DNA from: Alphaproteobacteria bacterium
GTDB taxonomy: Bacteria; Pseudomonadota; Alphaproteobacteria; MPNO01; UBA830
DNA length: 64,000 bases
Direction of reading: 5' to 3'
Assembly (NCBI GenBank): GCA_965243135.1
Contig: OZ251539.1
Location: 5,706,250 to 5,770,249, forward strand
A model generated the notes under the pieces. It saw only the letters and a list, made by a program, of their open reading frames with translations. It had not been told where the DNA came from and did not search any database. Shown one piece after another: positions 28,010-38,071 of this stretch. Position numbers and translations under genes: made by a program. The number at the start of each line of letters is the position of its first letter. Position 1 is the first letter of the stretch.

Positions 28010-28309
28010 ATGAAACAACGGATTCTGGAACGGGCGCGGAGCGCCGTGGAAGCCTTCCTGCACCAGCAGTGTGCAGATGCCACGCTCAGCATGCTGTCGG
28101 TGAATTCGGAAGTGGACGGCTACGGCGACGAGTTTCTCTTGATACACCTCGCTTAGGATGACGGCAGCAACACCAAGGGCCTCCCCGACCCCTTGGCGCG
28201 GATAAAGCTGATAGGTCGCTTGCGGACCGAACTCCAAGGCCAGGACATCGAGGCGTTCCCCGTCGTCTCGTTCACCGCCGAATCGGAGGTCGGGGAAGAG
28301 CCGGAGTAG
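28010..28309 (+). pseudogene. hypothetical 99-codon ORF with an in-frame TAG at 28154
   Basis: MKQRILERARSAVEAFL..EFLLIHLA-TAG-DDGSNTKGLPDPLARIKLIGRLRTELQG..EEPE continues in the same frame after the stop. Confidence 0.3.
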
Positions 28310-28333
28310 CGCGTCGCGGATCCGGAGCACCTC

Positions 28334-28790
28334 TTGCAGATAGCCATCGGCCTTGCCGAAGCCAACGCCGGCCGGCCGCGATGGGCGGATTTGTGCCGTG
28401 CCGTCAGCACCGCGTACTACGCCTTGTTCCACTGTCTGGCGCGCATCTGTGCGGACAGCTTGGCTGGCCGCTCTCGTTCGGTCGGCAACCGGGCGGCGGC
28501 GGGTGTACCGGGCACCGGAGCGCAGGCAGGCCAGGACGCGTTGCGAGAACATGCCGTCCTCGTTTCCAGACGGAATGCAGGAATTCGGGCAAGCGTTCTC
28601 GGTGTTGCAAAGCGGACACCACCTGTCGGACTACGACCCGGACTACCTGGTCAGGAAGTCTAACGTGACCGCAGCCATCAACGATGCTCGAACGAGATCG
28701 ACCGTTTTCTCGCAACGCCCGCCGGCGTCCGCCGCGATTTCGCCGTGCTGATGAAGGTGAGACGCCTGAACGGCGGGCGTAGTCGAGTCG
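28334..28790 (+). pseudogene. hypothetical helical protein (HEPN-like resemblance only), frameshifted
   Basis: LLQIAIGLAEANAGRPRWADLCRAVSTAYYALFHCLARICADSL; then RRVYRA..FPDGMQEFGQAFSVLQSG.HLSDYDPDYLVRKSNVTAAINDAR; then ATPAGVRRDFAVLMKVRR. These three segments lie in three frames. Confidence 0.35.
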
Positions 28791-28828
28791 TGGCGGCGAC
28801 GGCGAGGCCGGGCGTTCGCGGTGGGTGG
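28611..28828 (+). repeat. 218-bp direct repeat, left copy
   Basis: agcggacaccacctgtcggactacgacccggactacctggtcaggaagtc.. is more than 90% identical by eye to 30521..30740. Confidence 0.85.
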
Positions 28829-28916
28829 TGCCGCGTGTGTAGCGTTCCCTCTTTCGTTCCTTGGATTGCGGCGCGCGTAGCCGGAGCATCCGACCTTACG
28901 TAAGCGACGGATTTTA

Positions 28917-30278
28917 CTACCTCCCTCGCGCGGCGATTTCGGGCGCGTTCTCCCGGTCGAGGCGGCCGTGATTGACCAACTGTGAGCGAATGGTCATCTG
29001 CGAGACGCCGAAACGCCTCGCGGTTTCCATCTGCCTGTCTTCGGAAAGATCGCCTGCCATCATGTCGTCCACGGCGGCGAAGGGGCTGAGCAACTCTGCC
29101 GCAAAGGCGCGTTGCACCTTCTGGCGGTAACTGTAGGTGCGCGTTGCGGGGTGCAACGCCTCTGTGGGGCGGCCGTTGCGAGCGGCAAACAGTCGGTCGC
29201 AAAGGAGACGCGCCAACTCGAAGCGCCGGCCCGTCTTCCATTTCGATTTCAACGCCAAGCGCCCGCCGCCCGGCCGGTCGAGCGCGAAGCAGGGTCCGTT
29301 CCAACGCTTGCTCGTTCGCTCAATCGCTTTGGCTGTCGTTCCCGACAGGGCCGCGAGCCGTGCGTCGGCGATCGGCAGGCCGTCCAGTCCCTCCCGGTCG
29401 CGAACCGCTTGCGCCATGCCGTACCCCAACCGCCAGGCTTCGACGTCTGGCGCCTTTGGCAACTCCGTCCCGTCGGGCAACGCTACTGCGTCCTTCGGGT
29501 CGGCATCGAAACCGTTCCGCTTTGCGGCCTCCGTGATGTCCTGCGCTGAAACCATCTCGTCGAGGGCGCGGCCGCGCAGGGCGGCGTCGGCAGCCACTTC
29601 GCCCCAGGCCTCTTCTCCCAGCTCATCCGCTCCGGCGAGATGCTGGCGGATCAGGCAGTCGTCGACCTTGTCCGGATCGTACCCGAGCTGCGCTTCCAAC
29701 CGTCGAAAGCGCGCAAGTTCAGGCTCGCGCCGCTCTACTGTCAGGTCGTTCCACAGGCGATGCAGGTTCGTGCTCTTCAATTTCCGTTCGTCCAGACAGG
29801 CCAGTATGTTTTTCGCGAAGTCGTCGATGGCGCTTTCCAGGCTCGCGGCCGGAATCGCTTCCCGTCGCGGTGAACCGACGCAGCGGAACAAGGCGGTGTA
29901 CGGCTCCAGGGACGGCTCGGAGATCAGAAACGACATCGGACCGTCCGAGAAAATCGTAATATTTGGCCATACGTAGCCGTCGCCGACGGCCGACATGCAA
30001 TGCGTAAAGTCCCAGTCAAGCGCAGCTTTCTCTCCGGAAGGCCTCCGCCCGAATTCCCACCGCAGCCGCCACCAATTCCACAGGAGCCATTCGGCCAGCG
30101 GGTAGCCGGCGACATGCGGGCCGATCTCCACACGCTCAATGTCTTCGACGACGGTCAGCAATCTGCAGTTCGCCGTCATGGAGAGCATGCCGAATGTTGC
30201 CTTCTCTTCCGTCGACCCCTCGTCAAGGGGTTCGCAAGAAAGCGAAATTTTCAGTTCGTTGGACATCTCGTCTGCCAT
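28917..30278 (-). CDS. 453-aa protein with an unknown N-terminal region and a degenerate ImmA/IrrE (DUF955)-like C-terminus
   Basis: The C-terminus RFELARLLCDRLF..YRQKVQRAFAAELLSPFAAVDDMM..ARRFGVSQMTIRSQLVNHGRL follows the ImmA/IrrE layout. No HExxH occurs anywhere in the protein. The N-terminus carries a W-rich motif, AEWLLWNWWRLRWE. Confidence 0.7.
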   Translation of the reverse strand: MADEMSNELKISLSCEPLDEGSTEEKATFGMLSMTANCRLLTVVEDIERVEIGPHVAGYPLAEWLLWNWWRLRWEFGRRPSGEKAALDWDFTHCMSAVGDGYVWPNITIFSDGPMSFLISEPSLEPYTALFRCVGSPRREAIPAASLESAIDDFAKNILACLDERKLKSTNLHRLWNDLTVERREPELARFRRLEAQLGYDPDKVDDCLIRQHLAGADELGEEAWGEVAADAALRGRALDEMVSAQDITEAAKRNGFDADPKDAVALPDGTELPKAPDVEAWRLGYGMAQAVRDREGLDGLPIADARLAALSGTTAKAIERTSKRWNGPCFALDRPGGGRLALKSKWKTGRRFELARLLCDRLFAARNGRPTEALHPATRTYSYRQKVQRAFAAELLSPFAAVDDMMAGDLSEDRQMETARRFGVSQMTIRSQLVNHGRLDRENAPEIAARGR

Positions 30279-30418
30279 TCCTTGATGATACGTCTCTGCA
30301 TGGCGTTACCGCCGCTCAGTTCGTAGCCGCGATAACTCCCTTTACTTCCCAAAATGGCCTCGGCCGTCGGAGTTAACCGCCCAAACATATTTCGGTAGTT
30401 CGTCTTCGCCAAGGCCAT
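30251..30418 (-). CDS. small protein (55 aa; 79 aa if TTG 30490 is used) co-transcribed with the 453-aa gene
   Basis: MALAKTNYRNMFGRLTPTAEAILGSKGSYRGYELSGGNAMQRRIIKEWQTRCPTN. Its 3' end overlaps the downstream ATG (30278) by 28 nt. Confidence 0.4.
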   Translation of the reverse strand: MALAKTNYRNMFGRLTPTAEAILGSKGSYRGYELSGGNAMQRRIIKEWQTRCPTN

Positions 30419-30520
30419 CCCTCGCTTGATGCCTTCGCGAAAAAGAGCCCTCGCTTCAGCCTTTTTGACGCTTCGGCCACGGTCGCGCAATGATTTTCCG
30501 GGACGCGGGCTTGTTGATGG

Positions 30521-30740
30521 AGCGGACGCCACCTGTCGGACTACGACCCGGACTACCTGGTCAGGAAGTCCAACGTGACCGAGGCCATCAACGATGCTCG
30601 AACGGCGATCGACCCTTTTCTCGCGACGCCCGCCGGCGTTCGCCGCGATTTCGCCGTGCTGATGAAGGTGAGGCGCCTGAACCGGCGGGCGTAGTCGAGT
30701 CGCGGCGGAGACGGTCAGGTCGGGCGTTCGCGGCGGGTGG
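30521..30740 (+). repeat. 218-bp direct repeat, right copy
   Basis: This copy keeps the 3' end of the 28334 gene family in a single frame (RHLSDYDPDYLVRKSNVTEAINDARTAIDPFLATPAGVRRDFAVLMKVRRLNRRA-stop). The left copy has a 1-nt deletion. Confidence 0.85.
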
Positions 30741-30875
30741 AGCCGTGCGGAGCGCTCCTGCGTCTGCGCCCGCCCCCGTAGCGGCGAAGCTGCTGACGCG
30801 CCCTCGCGGTCCTTGCGGATCTGTTGGCGGACAGCCGGAGCGATCCGCGGGGCGCCGGCCGGGCGCCGAGCCGAC

Positions 30876-30901
30876 AAAAAACGGCGCAGCGCAAACGCCT
30901 C
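30876..30901 (+). repeat. conserved motif, copy 4 of 5
   Basis: aaaaaacggcgcagcgcaaacgcctc, 265 nt upstream of the ATPase ATG at 31166. Confidence 0.55.
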
Positions 30902-31165
30902 TCGCACTTGGCCATTCCGTGATGAAAGGCGCCGGCCATGCGGTAACGGCGTCAAGAGTGGGCGCGTTCCGACGCGTCGCTGATAACTCCCGCCGTTACC
31001 GAAGCCTTCCGGCCGGCGTGCGTCGCCGGTCGACGAAGACGACATCTCCCGTCGAAACCGCTTGAGCGTTGAATCCCCTCGCCGAAAATTCGGAGCCGCG
31101 CGGTGCGACGAAGCCCGTTCCGGGGAAGCCGTTGGTACAATGACTCTTCTGGAGGAAACGGCGAA

Positions 31166-32389
31166 ATGAACGGAATGACATCGCAAGATGCCGCAACGCC
31201 GCGCATCGAATGCCTGAAGGTGCGGAACTTCCGGGCCTTGCGGGACGTCGAGATCGCGAAACTGATGCCGTTGACAGTGCTCCTCGGCCCCAACGGCAGC
31301 GGCAAATCCACGGTGTTCGACGCGCTCGCCTTCCTCGCGGAGTGCTTTTCGTCCGGCCTGCGGCGCGCCTGGGATCGGCGCGGGCGGGCCAAGGAGCTCA
31401 GGACCTGCGACGCCGACGGGGCGGTGACGATAGAGATCAAATACCGTGAACGACGAAAAACTCCGCTGATCACTTATCACCTGTCCATTGACGAGTTGGC
31501 CGGCGCGCCAGTAGTCGTCCACGAGTGGCTGGGCTGGAAACGAACGGGCTTCGAAGCGCCTTTTCGTTTCCTTGAGTACCGCCACGGCAGAGGCCAAGCC
31601 GCGAGCGGCGAAGTGCCGGACGCGGAAGACGAGCGGATCGAGACGCCGTTAAAATCGCCCGACCTGCTGGCGGTCAACGCGCTCGGGCAGTTCCAGGATC
31701 ATCCGCGCGCGGCGGCGCTGCGCGATTTCATCATGGGTTGGCACGTTTCCTGCCTTTCGGCCGACAGCGCGCGTGCACAGCCGGAGGCGGGTCCGCAGGA
31801 GCGTCTGAGCACGAGCGGCGACAACCTCGCCAACGTCATCCAGCATCTAAGCGAACGGCACCCAAAGCGTCTCGACCTCATTTTCCAAACGCTGCGCCGG
31901 CGCGTGCCGCGCATCGAGCGCGTGCTGGCCGACGCCATGCCGGACGGCCGGCTGCTGCTGCAAATCAAGGACGCGCCGTTCAGCCACCCGGTTCTGGGGC
32001 GCTTCGCTTCCGATGGCACGCTAAAGATGCTGGCCTATCTGACGTTGCTGCATGATCCGGAACCACCGCCCTTCATCGGCATCGAGGAGCCGGAAAACTT
32101 TCTGCATCCGCGCCTGCTCCACGAACTGGCGGAGGAATGCGCCGCGGCCGGCGAGCGCACGCAGATGCTCGTCGCCACCCATTCGCCATTCTTCCTGAAT
32201 GCGCTGAAGCCCAAACAGGTTCGCGTCCTGTGGCGGGACGAAAAGGGCCACGCGCGGTCGCGGCGAGTCGCCGACCTCGATGGCGTGCCCGATTTCATGG
32301 AAGCCGGCGCACTGCTCGGCGATCTCTGGATGGAAGGCTATTTCGGCGTTGGCGATCAGTTGACCCGGCATGGCGGAGAACGCCGGTGA
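31166..32389 (+). CDS. ABC/SMC-like AAA ATPase (AAA_21/AAA_15 type)
   Basis: 407 aa from MNGMTSQD, with a GGAGGAA RBS. Walker [10 protein letters not shown], Walker B/D-loop [16 protein letters not shown]-loop VATHSP. Confidence 0.85.
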   Translation: MNGMTSQDAATPRIECLKVRNFRALRDVEIAKLMPLTVLLGPNGSGKSTVFDALAFLAECFSSGLRRAWDRRGRAKELRTCDADGAVTIEIKYRERRKTPLITYHLSIDELAGAPVVVHEWLGWKRTGFEAPFRFLEYRHGRGQAASGEVPDAEDERIETPLKSPDLLAVNALGQFQDHPRAAALRDFIMGWHVSCLSADSARAQPEAGPQERLSTSGDNLANVIQHLSERHPKRLDLIFQTLRRRVPRIERVLADAMPDGRLLLQIKDAPFSHPVLGRFASDGTLKMLAYLTLLHDPEPPPFIGIEEPENFLHPRLLHELAEECAAAGERTQMLVATHSPFFLNALKPKQVRVLWRDEKGHARSRRVADLDGVPDFMEAGALLGDLWMEGYFGVGDQLTRHGGERR

Positions 32390-32972
32390 CGGCGGCGCGG
32401 CGCTTGGAAATCCCGATCGAAGAGCCGGAGGCCTTCTTGCAAGAGCTGCTACCGCGGGTTCTCCCGGATGGCTGCGCGTGCCGCGTGGTCCAACGCAGAA
32501 CTGTTGCGAAAGCTCGAACGCCGCTTGCTTGGATACCGTCGTCGGCTATCCGCCGAATGGCGACTCGTCGTCGCGGTTGATCGCGACAACGACGATTGCC
32601 ATGCGCTCAAGAGGCAACTCGAACAGGCGGCAGGCGGGCCTGCTTGCGCGCTCGCGCGGCCAGGAGATGCCGCGGCAAGTGATCAACCGCGAGGCATGGT
32701 ATTTCGGCGATTGGGAGGCGGTGCGCCAAGCTTATCCAGGAGTCCAGCCCAACATCCCGTATCAAGCGCGTTACCGCGACCCGGACGCCGTCCGGGGCGG
32801 GACCTGGGAAGCGTTCGAGCGTAGAAGCGCGGCTATTTCCGAAACGGGTTGCGCAAGACCGAAGCCGCGCGAACCATCGCCCCTAACATCGACCCGGCAC
32901 GCAACCGTTCGCGGAGTTTCACGATGCTTTGGCCGAGGCGACCGCATGAAACGAGCGGAAACGGCGGCGTGA
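32386..32972 (+). pseudogene. DUF4276-like partner of the ATPase, at least 3 frameshifts
   Basis: The GTG overlaps the ATPase stop (GTGA). The segments RRLEIPIEEPEAFLQELLPRVLP; ELLRKLERRLLGYRRRLSAEWRLVVAVDRDNDDCHALKRQLEQAA; EAWYFGDWEAVRQAYPGV..YRDPDAVRGGTWEAFER; and KTEAARTIAPNIDPARNRSRSF lie in different frames. Confidence 0.6.
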
Positions 32973-33276
32973 ACGACCTTTCGGAATCCCTTTTCGGCAT
33001 CGTCCCCAAGCGGCTCTTCGGTCGCGGCTGGGCCGCCGTCCGCGGTCCCGGCGAGGTCGCGCCGCCAGCCGAACGCATGGCTGGCGTGTCTTGAGCGACG
33101 GTCCCGGCGCTGGTTCCGCGGGAGACTCTCGCCAGGCCCCGCGAATTCGAACGCTTCGGCGGGTCCGAGTTGGGAAGCCTCAATCCGCGCGCGTCTTCCG
33201 GCGCTGTCGAAGCCGGTTGCAAAAGGATCGCAGGCGGTCGCCTCGGACCCGACGCGCGGGGCGGGAACGACCGTCT

Positions 33277-33628
33277 TCAGGCTCCCGCGACCCGGCGAGA
33301 TGTCCGCTCCTCGGGGAAGTGCCTGAAGGTGTTGACGGCCGAACGGTAATCGTCCAGCCCCAAACGGGCGCGGATGTCCGCGGTCGCCTTGAGAACCATC
33401 GGATCCACGCCGCAGCCATTGGCGATGCGGTCGTTTTTGGAGAAATTCGCCGCGATGGCCGCCGCCGCGGGCACGGCTTGGGGGCCGATGGCCCCGGCCA
33501 CGGCGTCGCGCGCCCGGCGCCTCGCGATCCGAACCGATCGCCGTCTCGGCGAAATCCAGCAACTCGGCGCCGCCGGGAACGCCGATGTCCTGCGACGGAT
33601 CGACCAGCGCGTCGAGATTGATGTTCAT
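33277..33628 (-). pseudogene. small conserved protein downstream of the CMD-like gene, apparent single frameshift
   Basis: MNINLDALVDPSQDIGVPGGAELLDFAETAIGSDRE is in one frame. ..ARRRARDAVAGAIGPQAVPAAAAIAANFSKNDRIANGCGVDP.. is in another. The switch is near 33520. This could be a sequencing indel. Confidence 0.35.
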
Positions 33629-33676
33629 GTCGGCGTCGCGTCCACTCTCACGGAGGAACCGGGCATGCCCGGAGGT

Positions 33677-34384
33677 TCAGAAAAAGCACTCGTTGATCGC
33701 CGACACCCGGCCGGCGACCACCTCCGCCTGGGCGCGGCTGAACCCCTCGTGATGCTGGTAATCGGGCACCATGATCCGGTGCAGCGGGAGATACTGAACC
33801 TCCTCCAGCTCCAGGTGGCGGCGCAGTTCGTCCGGCACCAGACTCATGCCGCGGACGATGTAGGGCTTGGGTTTGCCGCCGTATAACTCGTCGGCCGCTG
33901 CGCCGCCGTCCGGCGGGTTGGGGACGGTCGGCACCCAGGCCAGCTCCTGCACCGCCGCCGCCGGGCGTTCGCGCGACGGCGCGCCGGGTCGGGCCGTCGG
34001 CAGCGGCCGAAGATCGACGCCGATGCCGCGCATGTCGAGGTTCGTGACTCGCGCGACGAGGCCGACGATCTCGACGTATTCCTCGTCGCTTAAGCCGCCC
34101 CGGCGCGCTTCCTCGTAAGACTCTTCGTCGACGTCCTTGGGGTCGACGGCAAGCCGCCGAACCATCGTCCGCGCCGCCTCGGGCAAATCGGCGTTCGCCG
34201 ACTCGGCGCCGCCGGCGGACGGCTCCAGCCTGCCGGCTTCGTAGCCCGCCTGACGGGTTTCGACAGCGACTGCGAGACGCTGGGCGCCGGTTCCCCAAGC
34301 GCCGGCCAGCTGGTCGATCTGCCTGGCGTGGACGCCCGCCAGATCGTCCCGAACGTGGTACCGCGAGTCGGAGTATAGGGGCAT
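33677..34384 (-). CDS. AhpD/CMD-like domain protein (tentative)
   Basis: The last 235 aa of ORF 33677..35683 (MPLYSDSRYH..RVSAINECFF), with a GGAGGA RBS. It lies immediately downstream of dctM. The family assignment is from memory only. Confidence 0.55.
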   Translation of the reverse strand: MPLYSDSRYHVRDDLAGVHARQIDQLAGAWGTGAQRLAVAVETRQAGYEAGRLEPSAGGAESANADLPEAARTMVRRLAVDPKDVDEESYEEARRGGLSDEEYVEIVGLVARVTNLDMRGIGVDLRPLPTARPGAPSRERPAAAVQELAWVPTVPNPPDGGAAADELYGGKPKPYIVRGMSLVPDELRRHLELEEVQYLPLHRIMVPDYQHHEGFSRAQAEVVAGRVSAINECFF

Positions 34385-34395
34385 TCGTCCTCCGG

Positions 34396-35703
34396 TCAGA
34401 TGTCGAACATGCTGTCGGGCAGGAACGTGGCGATTTCCGGGAAGGCGACCAGGAGCGCCAGACACGCGCCCATCGCGATCCAGAACGGCCAGATGCCGCG
34501 GAAGATGGTGCCCATGGGCACGTCCGGCGCGACGCTCTTGACGACGAAAACGTTGACGCCGACGGGCGGGCTGATAAGTCCCATTTCCAACACGATCACC
34601 ACTACGATTCCGAACCAGATCGGACTCATCCCCAGTTGGGTGATCACCTCGAACACCACGGGGAGGGTCAGGACCAGCATCGCGAGCCCTTCGAGGAAGG
34701 TGCCGAGCGCGATGTAGGTTACCAGTATCATGAGCAGGACGCCGGTCTTGTCCATGTCCAGATTGACCAGGAAGGTCACCAGATCGGACGGCAACTGCGT
34801 CAGCGCCATGAACGGTATGAAGATGTGGGCGCCGATCAGGATCATGAAAACGGTGGCCGTGGTCCGCAGGGTCTGCAGGACGACGAACTGGATTTTCTCC
34901 CGATCCAGCGATCTCCGGCGAAGGGCCACGCAGAACGCCAGGAAGGCGCCGACGCCGGCCGCCTCGACCGGCGTGAAGATGCCCATGTAGATGCCGCCGA
35001 TGGTCGCCGCCACGATGACGACGAAGGTCGCGGAACGCCGCAGCGACGACAGTTTTTCGGCCGTCGAACTTGCCGGTCCGGCAGGCCCCAGTTCGGGTTT
35101 GATGCGCGTCACGACGGCGATCGCGACGAGGAACAGGCCCGTCAGCAGCAGGCCCGGAACGACTCCGGCCATGAACAGCCGGCCGATGGATTGCTCGGTC
35201 AGGATGGCGTAGATGATCAGCCCGGTGGAAGGCGGAATCAGGATGCCGAGCGTTCCGCCGGCCGCCACTGCGCCGGTGGACAGGCTCGCCCCGTAGTTGA
35301 ACCGCTTCATCTCGGGCAGCGCGACCCGTCCCATGGTGACGGCTGAGGCGATGGAGGAGCCGCTGAGGGCCGCGAAACCGGCGCAGCCTGCGATGGTCGC
35401 GGACGCCAGGCCGCCGCGCCGGTGTCCGAGCCAGGCGTAGGCGGCGTTGAACAGGTCGGCGCTCATCCCCGACGCCCCGGCCAGATTGCCCATCAGGACG
35501 AACACCGGAATGACGGTCAGCGGCAAGGTGACCGTCATTTCGAACGCCTCGCTCGAAAGCGTGCTGAGCGCCGCGCTGTACCCGTTCATCGCGGCGGTGC
35601 CGAAAAATCCCACGATCAACATGGCCATCGCCACGGGCATGCGCATGAAGAGGAGCGCGAACAACGCGACGAGACCGATGCATCCGATGGCGGTGGCCGA
35701 CAC
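34396..35703 (-). CDS. dctM: TRAP transporter large permease
   Basis: 435 aa, polytopic, with the typical DctM N-terminus and the GFAALSGSS motif. Confidence 0.95.
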   Translation of the reverse strand: MSATAIGCIGLVALFALLFMRMPVAMAMLIVGFFGTAAMNGYSAALSTLSSEAFEMTVTLPLTVIPVFVLMGNLAGASGMSADLFNAAYAWLGHRRGGLASATIAGCAGFAALSGSSIASAVTMGRVALPEMKRFNYGASLSTGAVAAGGTLGILIPPSTGLIIYAILTEQSIGRLFMAGVVPGLLLTGLFLVAIAVVTRIKPELGPAGPASSTAEKLSSLRRSATFVVIVAATIGGIYMGIFTPVEAAGVGAFLAFCVALRRRSLDREKIQFVVLQTLRTTATVFMILIGAHIFIPFMALTQLPSDLVTFLVNLDMDKTGVLLMILVTYIALGTFLEGLAMLVLTLPVVFEVITQLGMSPIWFGIVVVIVLEMGLISPPVGVNVFVVKSVAPDVPMGTIFRGIWPFWIAMGACLALLVAFPEIATFLPDSMFDI

Positions 35704-35714
35704 GTCCGACGTCC

Positions 35715-36233
35715 CTACGAGGCCGCTTCGTCCGGGTCGCGTCCCGAAATCAGGGCGGCCGTTTCCGCGAGGAGGACAAGGCCGTACAGCGCCATGCCGA
35801 AGGCCAGCGTCCAGAAGAACGGCTGCAGCGTGATCTCCAGCGACAACGTGGTTTCGCCGTATCTGGCGGCGTTGTTGCCGCTTTCGACCAGCATCCAGAC
35901 CAGGACGCCCGTCATCGCGCAGCCGGCCGCCTTGACGGCGATATCGGTCCAGCGGGTGACCGTCGGTCCCGAGACGACCCCCAGGATTTCAACCGCCACC
36001 TGACCGCCGGTGCGTCCGCTGTATCCCACCGAAAAGGCCACGGTGAACACCAGCAGGATCTGGTTGAAGTCGTCGGCTCCGAAAATGGGAGAATTGAAGA
36101 CGTAGCGGAAAACGACCGCCACCACGATCAGCGCCGCGAGTCCGGCTACGGCGACCCCCCCGGCGTAAAGGGCTATCAGGCGAACCGCGCGATCGACGAA
36201 AGCGATCGCGCGGTTCGCGCCCGGATCGGACAC
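35715..36233 (-). CDS. dctQ: TRAP transporter small permease
   Basis: 172 aa with 4 TM helices, located between dctP and dctM. Confidence 0.85.
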   Translation of the reverse strand: MSDPGANRAIAFVDRAVRLIALYAGGVAVAGLAALIVVAVVFRYVFNSPIFGADDFNQILLVFTVAFSVGYSGRTGGQVAVEILGVVSGPTVTRWTDIAVKAAGCAMTGVLVWMLVESGNNAARYGETTLSLEITLQPFFWTLAFGMALYGLVLLAETAALISGRDPDEAAS

Positions 36234-36257
36234 GATTCCGGCCGCTCGGCCGCGGCC

Positions 36258-37271
36258 TTACTCCGTGGCGGCCTTGTAGATCGCCCGGGCCGGAACGCCT
36301 TTCTTCTCCTTGTCGGCGAGGAAGGCTTCGACCGACCTGGCGGTGGCCGCGTCGAACGCCGCCGCCGCCTCCGCGGACAGTTGGTGGAATTTTACGCCCT
36401 TCTGTTCGGTCTTGGCGGTCTTCAGCTGTCCGGCGTCGATCTTTCCCCAAAAGTCGGCGGCCGCCATGCTGTACTCGCGGCCGGAGTGTTCGGTCACCGC
36501 GGCCTTGTGGGCCGCCGAAAGGCCTTTCCAAACCTGCTTGTTCATGGCGATGAAGAACAGGGAAGTCGGACCGTTCATGCCGGCGGTCACGTGCTCGCCG
36601 GGTTCGGCCAGCCGCCAGGGACGGTAAAGCGCGCCCGGCGAGATATAGACGCCGTCGAGCACTCCGGTCTGCAGGGCGTTGTAGATTTTGGACACCGGCA
36701 TGTAGACCGCGGCGGCGGCCCACGCCTTCAGCTGGGGTATGTTGGCCGGCGACGGCGCCCTGACTTTCAATCCCTTGACGTCGTCCAGCCGGGTAACCGC
36801 TTTCTTGCGGGTTATCAGAACCGGCGGCCAGTTGGAAAACAACGCCAGCACCTTGACCTCTTCGTACTCGGGCTTGAGGTACTGGTCGTACACCTTCCAG
36901 ATTTTCGCGGTCACTTCCTGCGAGCTGTTGCCGACGCCCGGTTGGCCGACGATCATGGTGCGGGGAAAGATGGTCGGCGTGTAACCCTGGATGCCGAAGG
37001 TGATCTCGGCCACATTGTCGACAACCCGCTTGTATTGCGCGACCGGACCCTTGCCCAGCTGGCCGCTCGGGAACAGTTTGATCGTCAACGAGCCGTTCGT
37101 CGCCTCGGCCAGTTTCTTCGCCAGCAGCGGAATGACGCCGCGGTTGACCGGATGCTGCGGCGACATGAAGGTCGCCGCCTTCAGTTCGACGGCGCCGGCC
37201 GTCGACGGCATTCCGGCGGTTGCGGCGAAGGCTCCGCCGACGAGGGCCGTCATTAGTGCGATGCGCTTCAT
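36258..37271 (-). CDS. dctP: TRAP transporter periplasmic solute-binding protein
   Basis: 337 aa with a signal peptide and the DctP pattern. Confidence 0.95.
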   Translation of the reverse strand: MKRIALMTALVGGAFAATAGMPSTAGAVELKAATFMSPQHPVNRGVIPLLAKKLAEATNGSLTIKLFPSGQLGKGPVAQYKRVVDNVAEITFGIQGYTPTIFPRTMIVGQPGVGNSSQEVTAKIWKVYDQYLKPEYEEVKVLALFSNWPPVLITRKKAVTRLDDVKGLKVRAPSPANIPQLKAWAAAAVYMPVSKIYNALQTGVLDGVYISPGALYRPWRLAEPGEHVTAGMNGPTSLFFIAMNKQVWKGLSAAHKAAVTEHSGREYSMAAADFWGKIDAGQLKTAKTEQKGVKFHQLSAEAAAAFDAATARSVEAFLADKEKKGVPARAIYKAATE

Positions 37272-37863
37272 TGTTTCCTCCCGATATCGCAGGCGCGGAT
37301 TCCGGCCGACGCGGCCGCTTCGGAGAATGGCCGCGGCGCTTTGCTTCCGGTTTCCGCAACGCGTTCGAAACGATGATACCGCCTGCGGCCGGACGATTTC
37401 AAGCGTCGGCGGGCCCGAGCGCCGCGTCGGGGAGCGATCGACGACTTTCGCTCGCGTCCCGCAGCGCGGAATTGGAGGCCGCGTCTTCGGCGCGGCCGGG
37501 CGGAACTTCGACCGGCGGCATCCTCCCTCCGGCCCAGGCGCCAGTTCGCCTTCAGGTCGCTCCGAAGGGTCGCGAGACGCTTGTCGGTCATCGCGCGGGC
37601 TATTTCCGCGGCGATCCGGCGGCCGCGCCGGACAGCGCAGCGTTCGCGTTTCGCATGATCGGCGGATACGCTTCGTCCGGCGGGATGCTCAGGCCCGTGG
37701 AGTTGAACAACCGCTATGGATGACCGGCGGTCCGAACGACGAGGAGTGAAGAGATGTCGCTCGGCGCAACCGGATATTCCGTTCTTGATTCTGCAGTCGC
37801 CCGCCTGCACGATCCTTGCGAGCCTGCCGACGGGCGGGCGGAGCGCCGAGCGGACGGCAGCCG

Positions 37864-37889
37864 AAAAAATGGCGCAACGCGAACGCCTC
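37864..37889 (+). repeat. conserved motif, copy 5 of 5
   Basis: aaaaaatggcgcaacgcgaacgcctc, 183 nt upstream of the methyltransferase ATG at 38072. Confidence 0.55.
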
Positions 37890-38071
37890 GGCTACGCTCG
37901 GGCGTGACCGCCGAGAAACCTATGTTTCCGTCGAGCGCCGTCGCCGTTACGTTGCCGAATTCGCTTGGCGGCGCAACGTCGGCGAAGCCGGTGCCATCGG
38001 CGAATGGCGCCGACGGTCGCCTGCGGTTGGGAACCGCCCGATGTATCGCGACCTGACGGCGTGAGGACAGC

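Noticed and set aside
33677-35683. 668-aa minus-strand ORF
   Set aside because: Only the last 235 codons (from ATG 34384, with a GGAGGA RBS) look coding. The rest overlaps dctM in another frame.
1372-37889. Reading the recurring motif plus TA/R-M cassettes as a chromosomal integron array
   Set aside because: No intI-like integrase is present, and there is no attC-like R''/R' inverted structure in the motif. The cassettes lie on both strands and are separated by large core operons.
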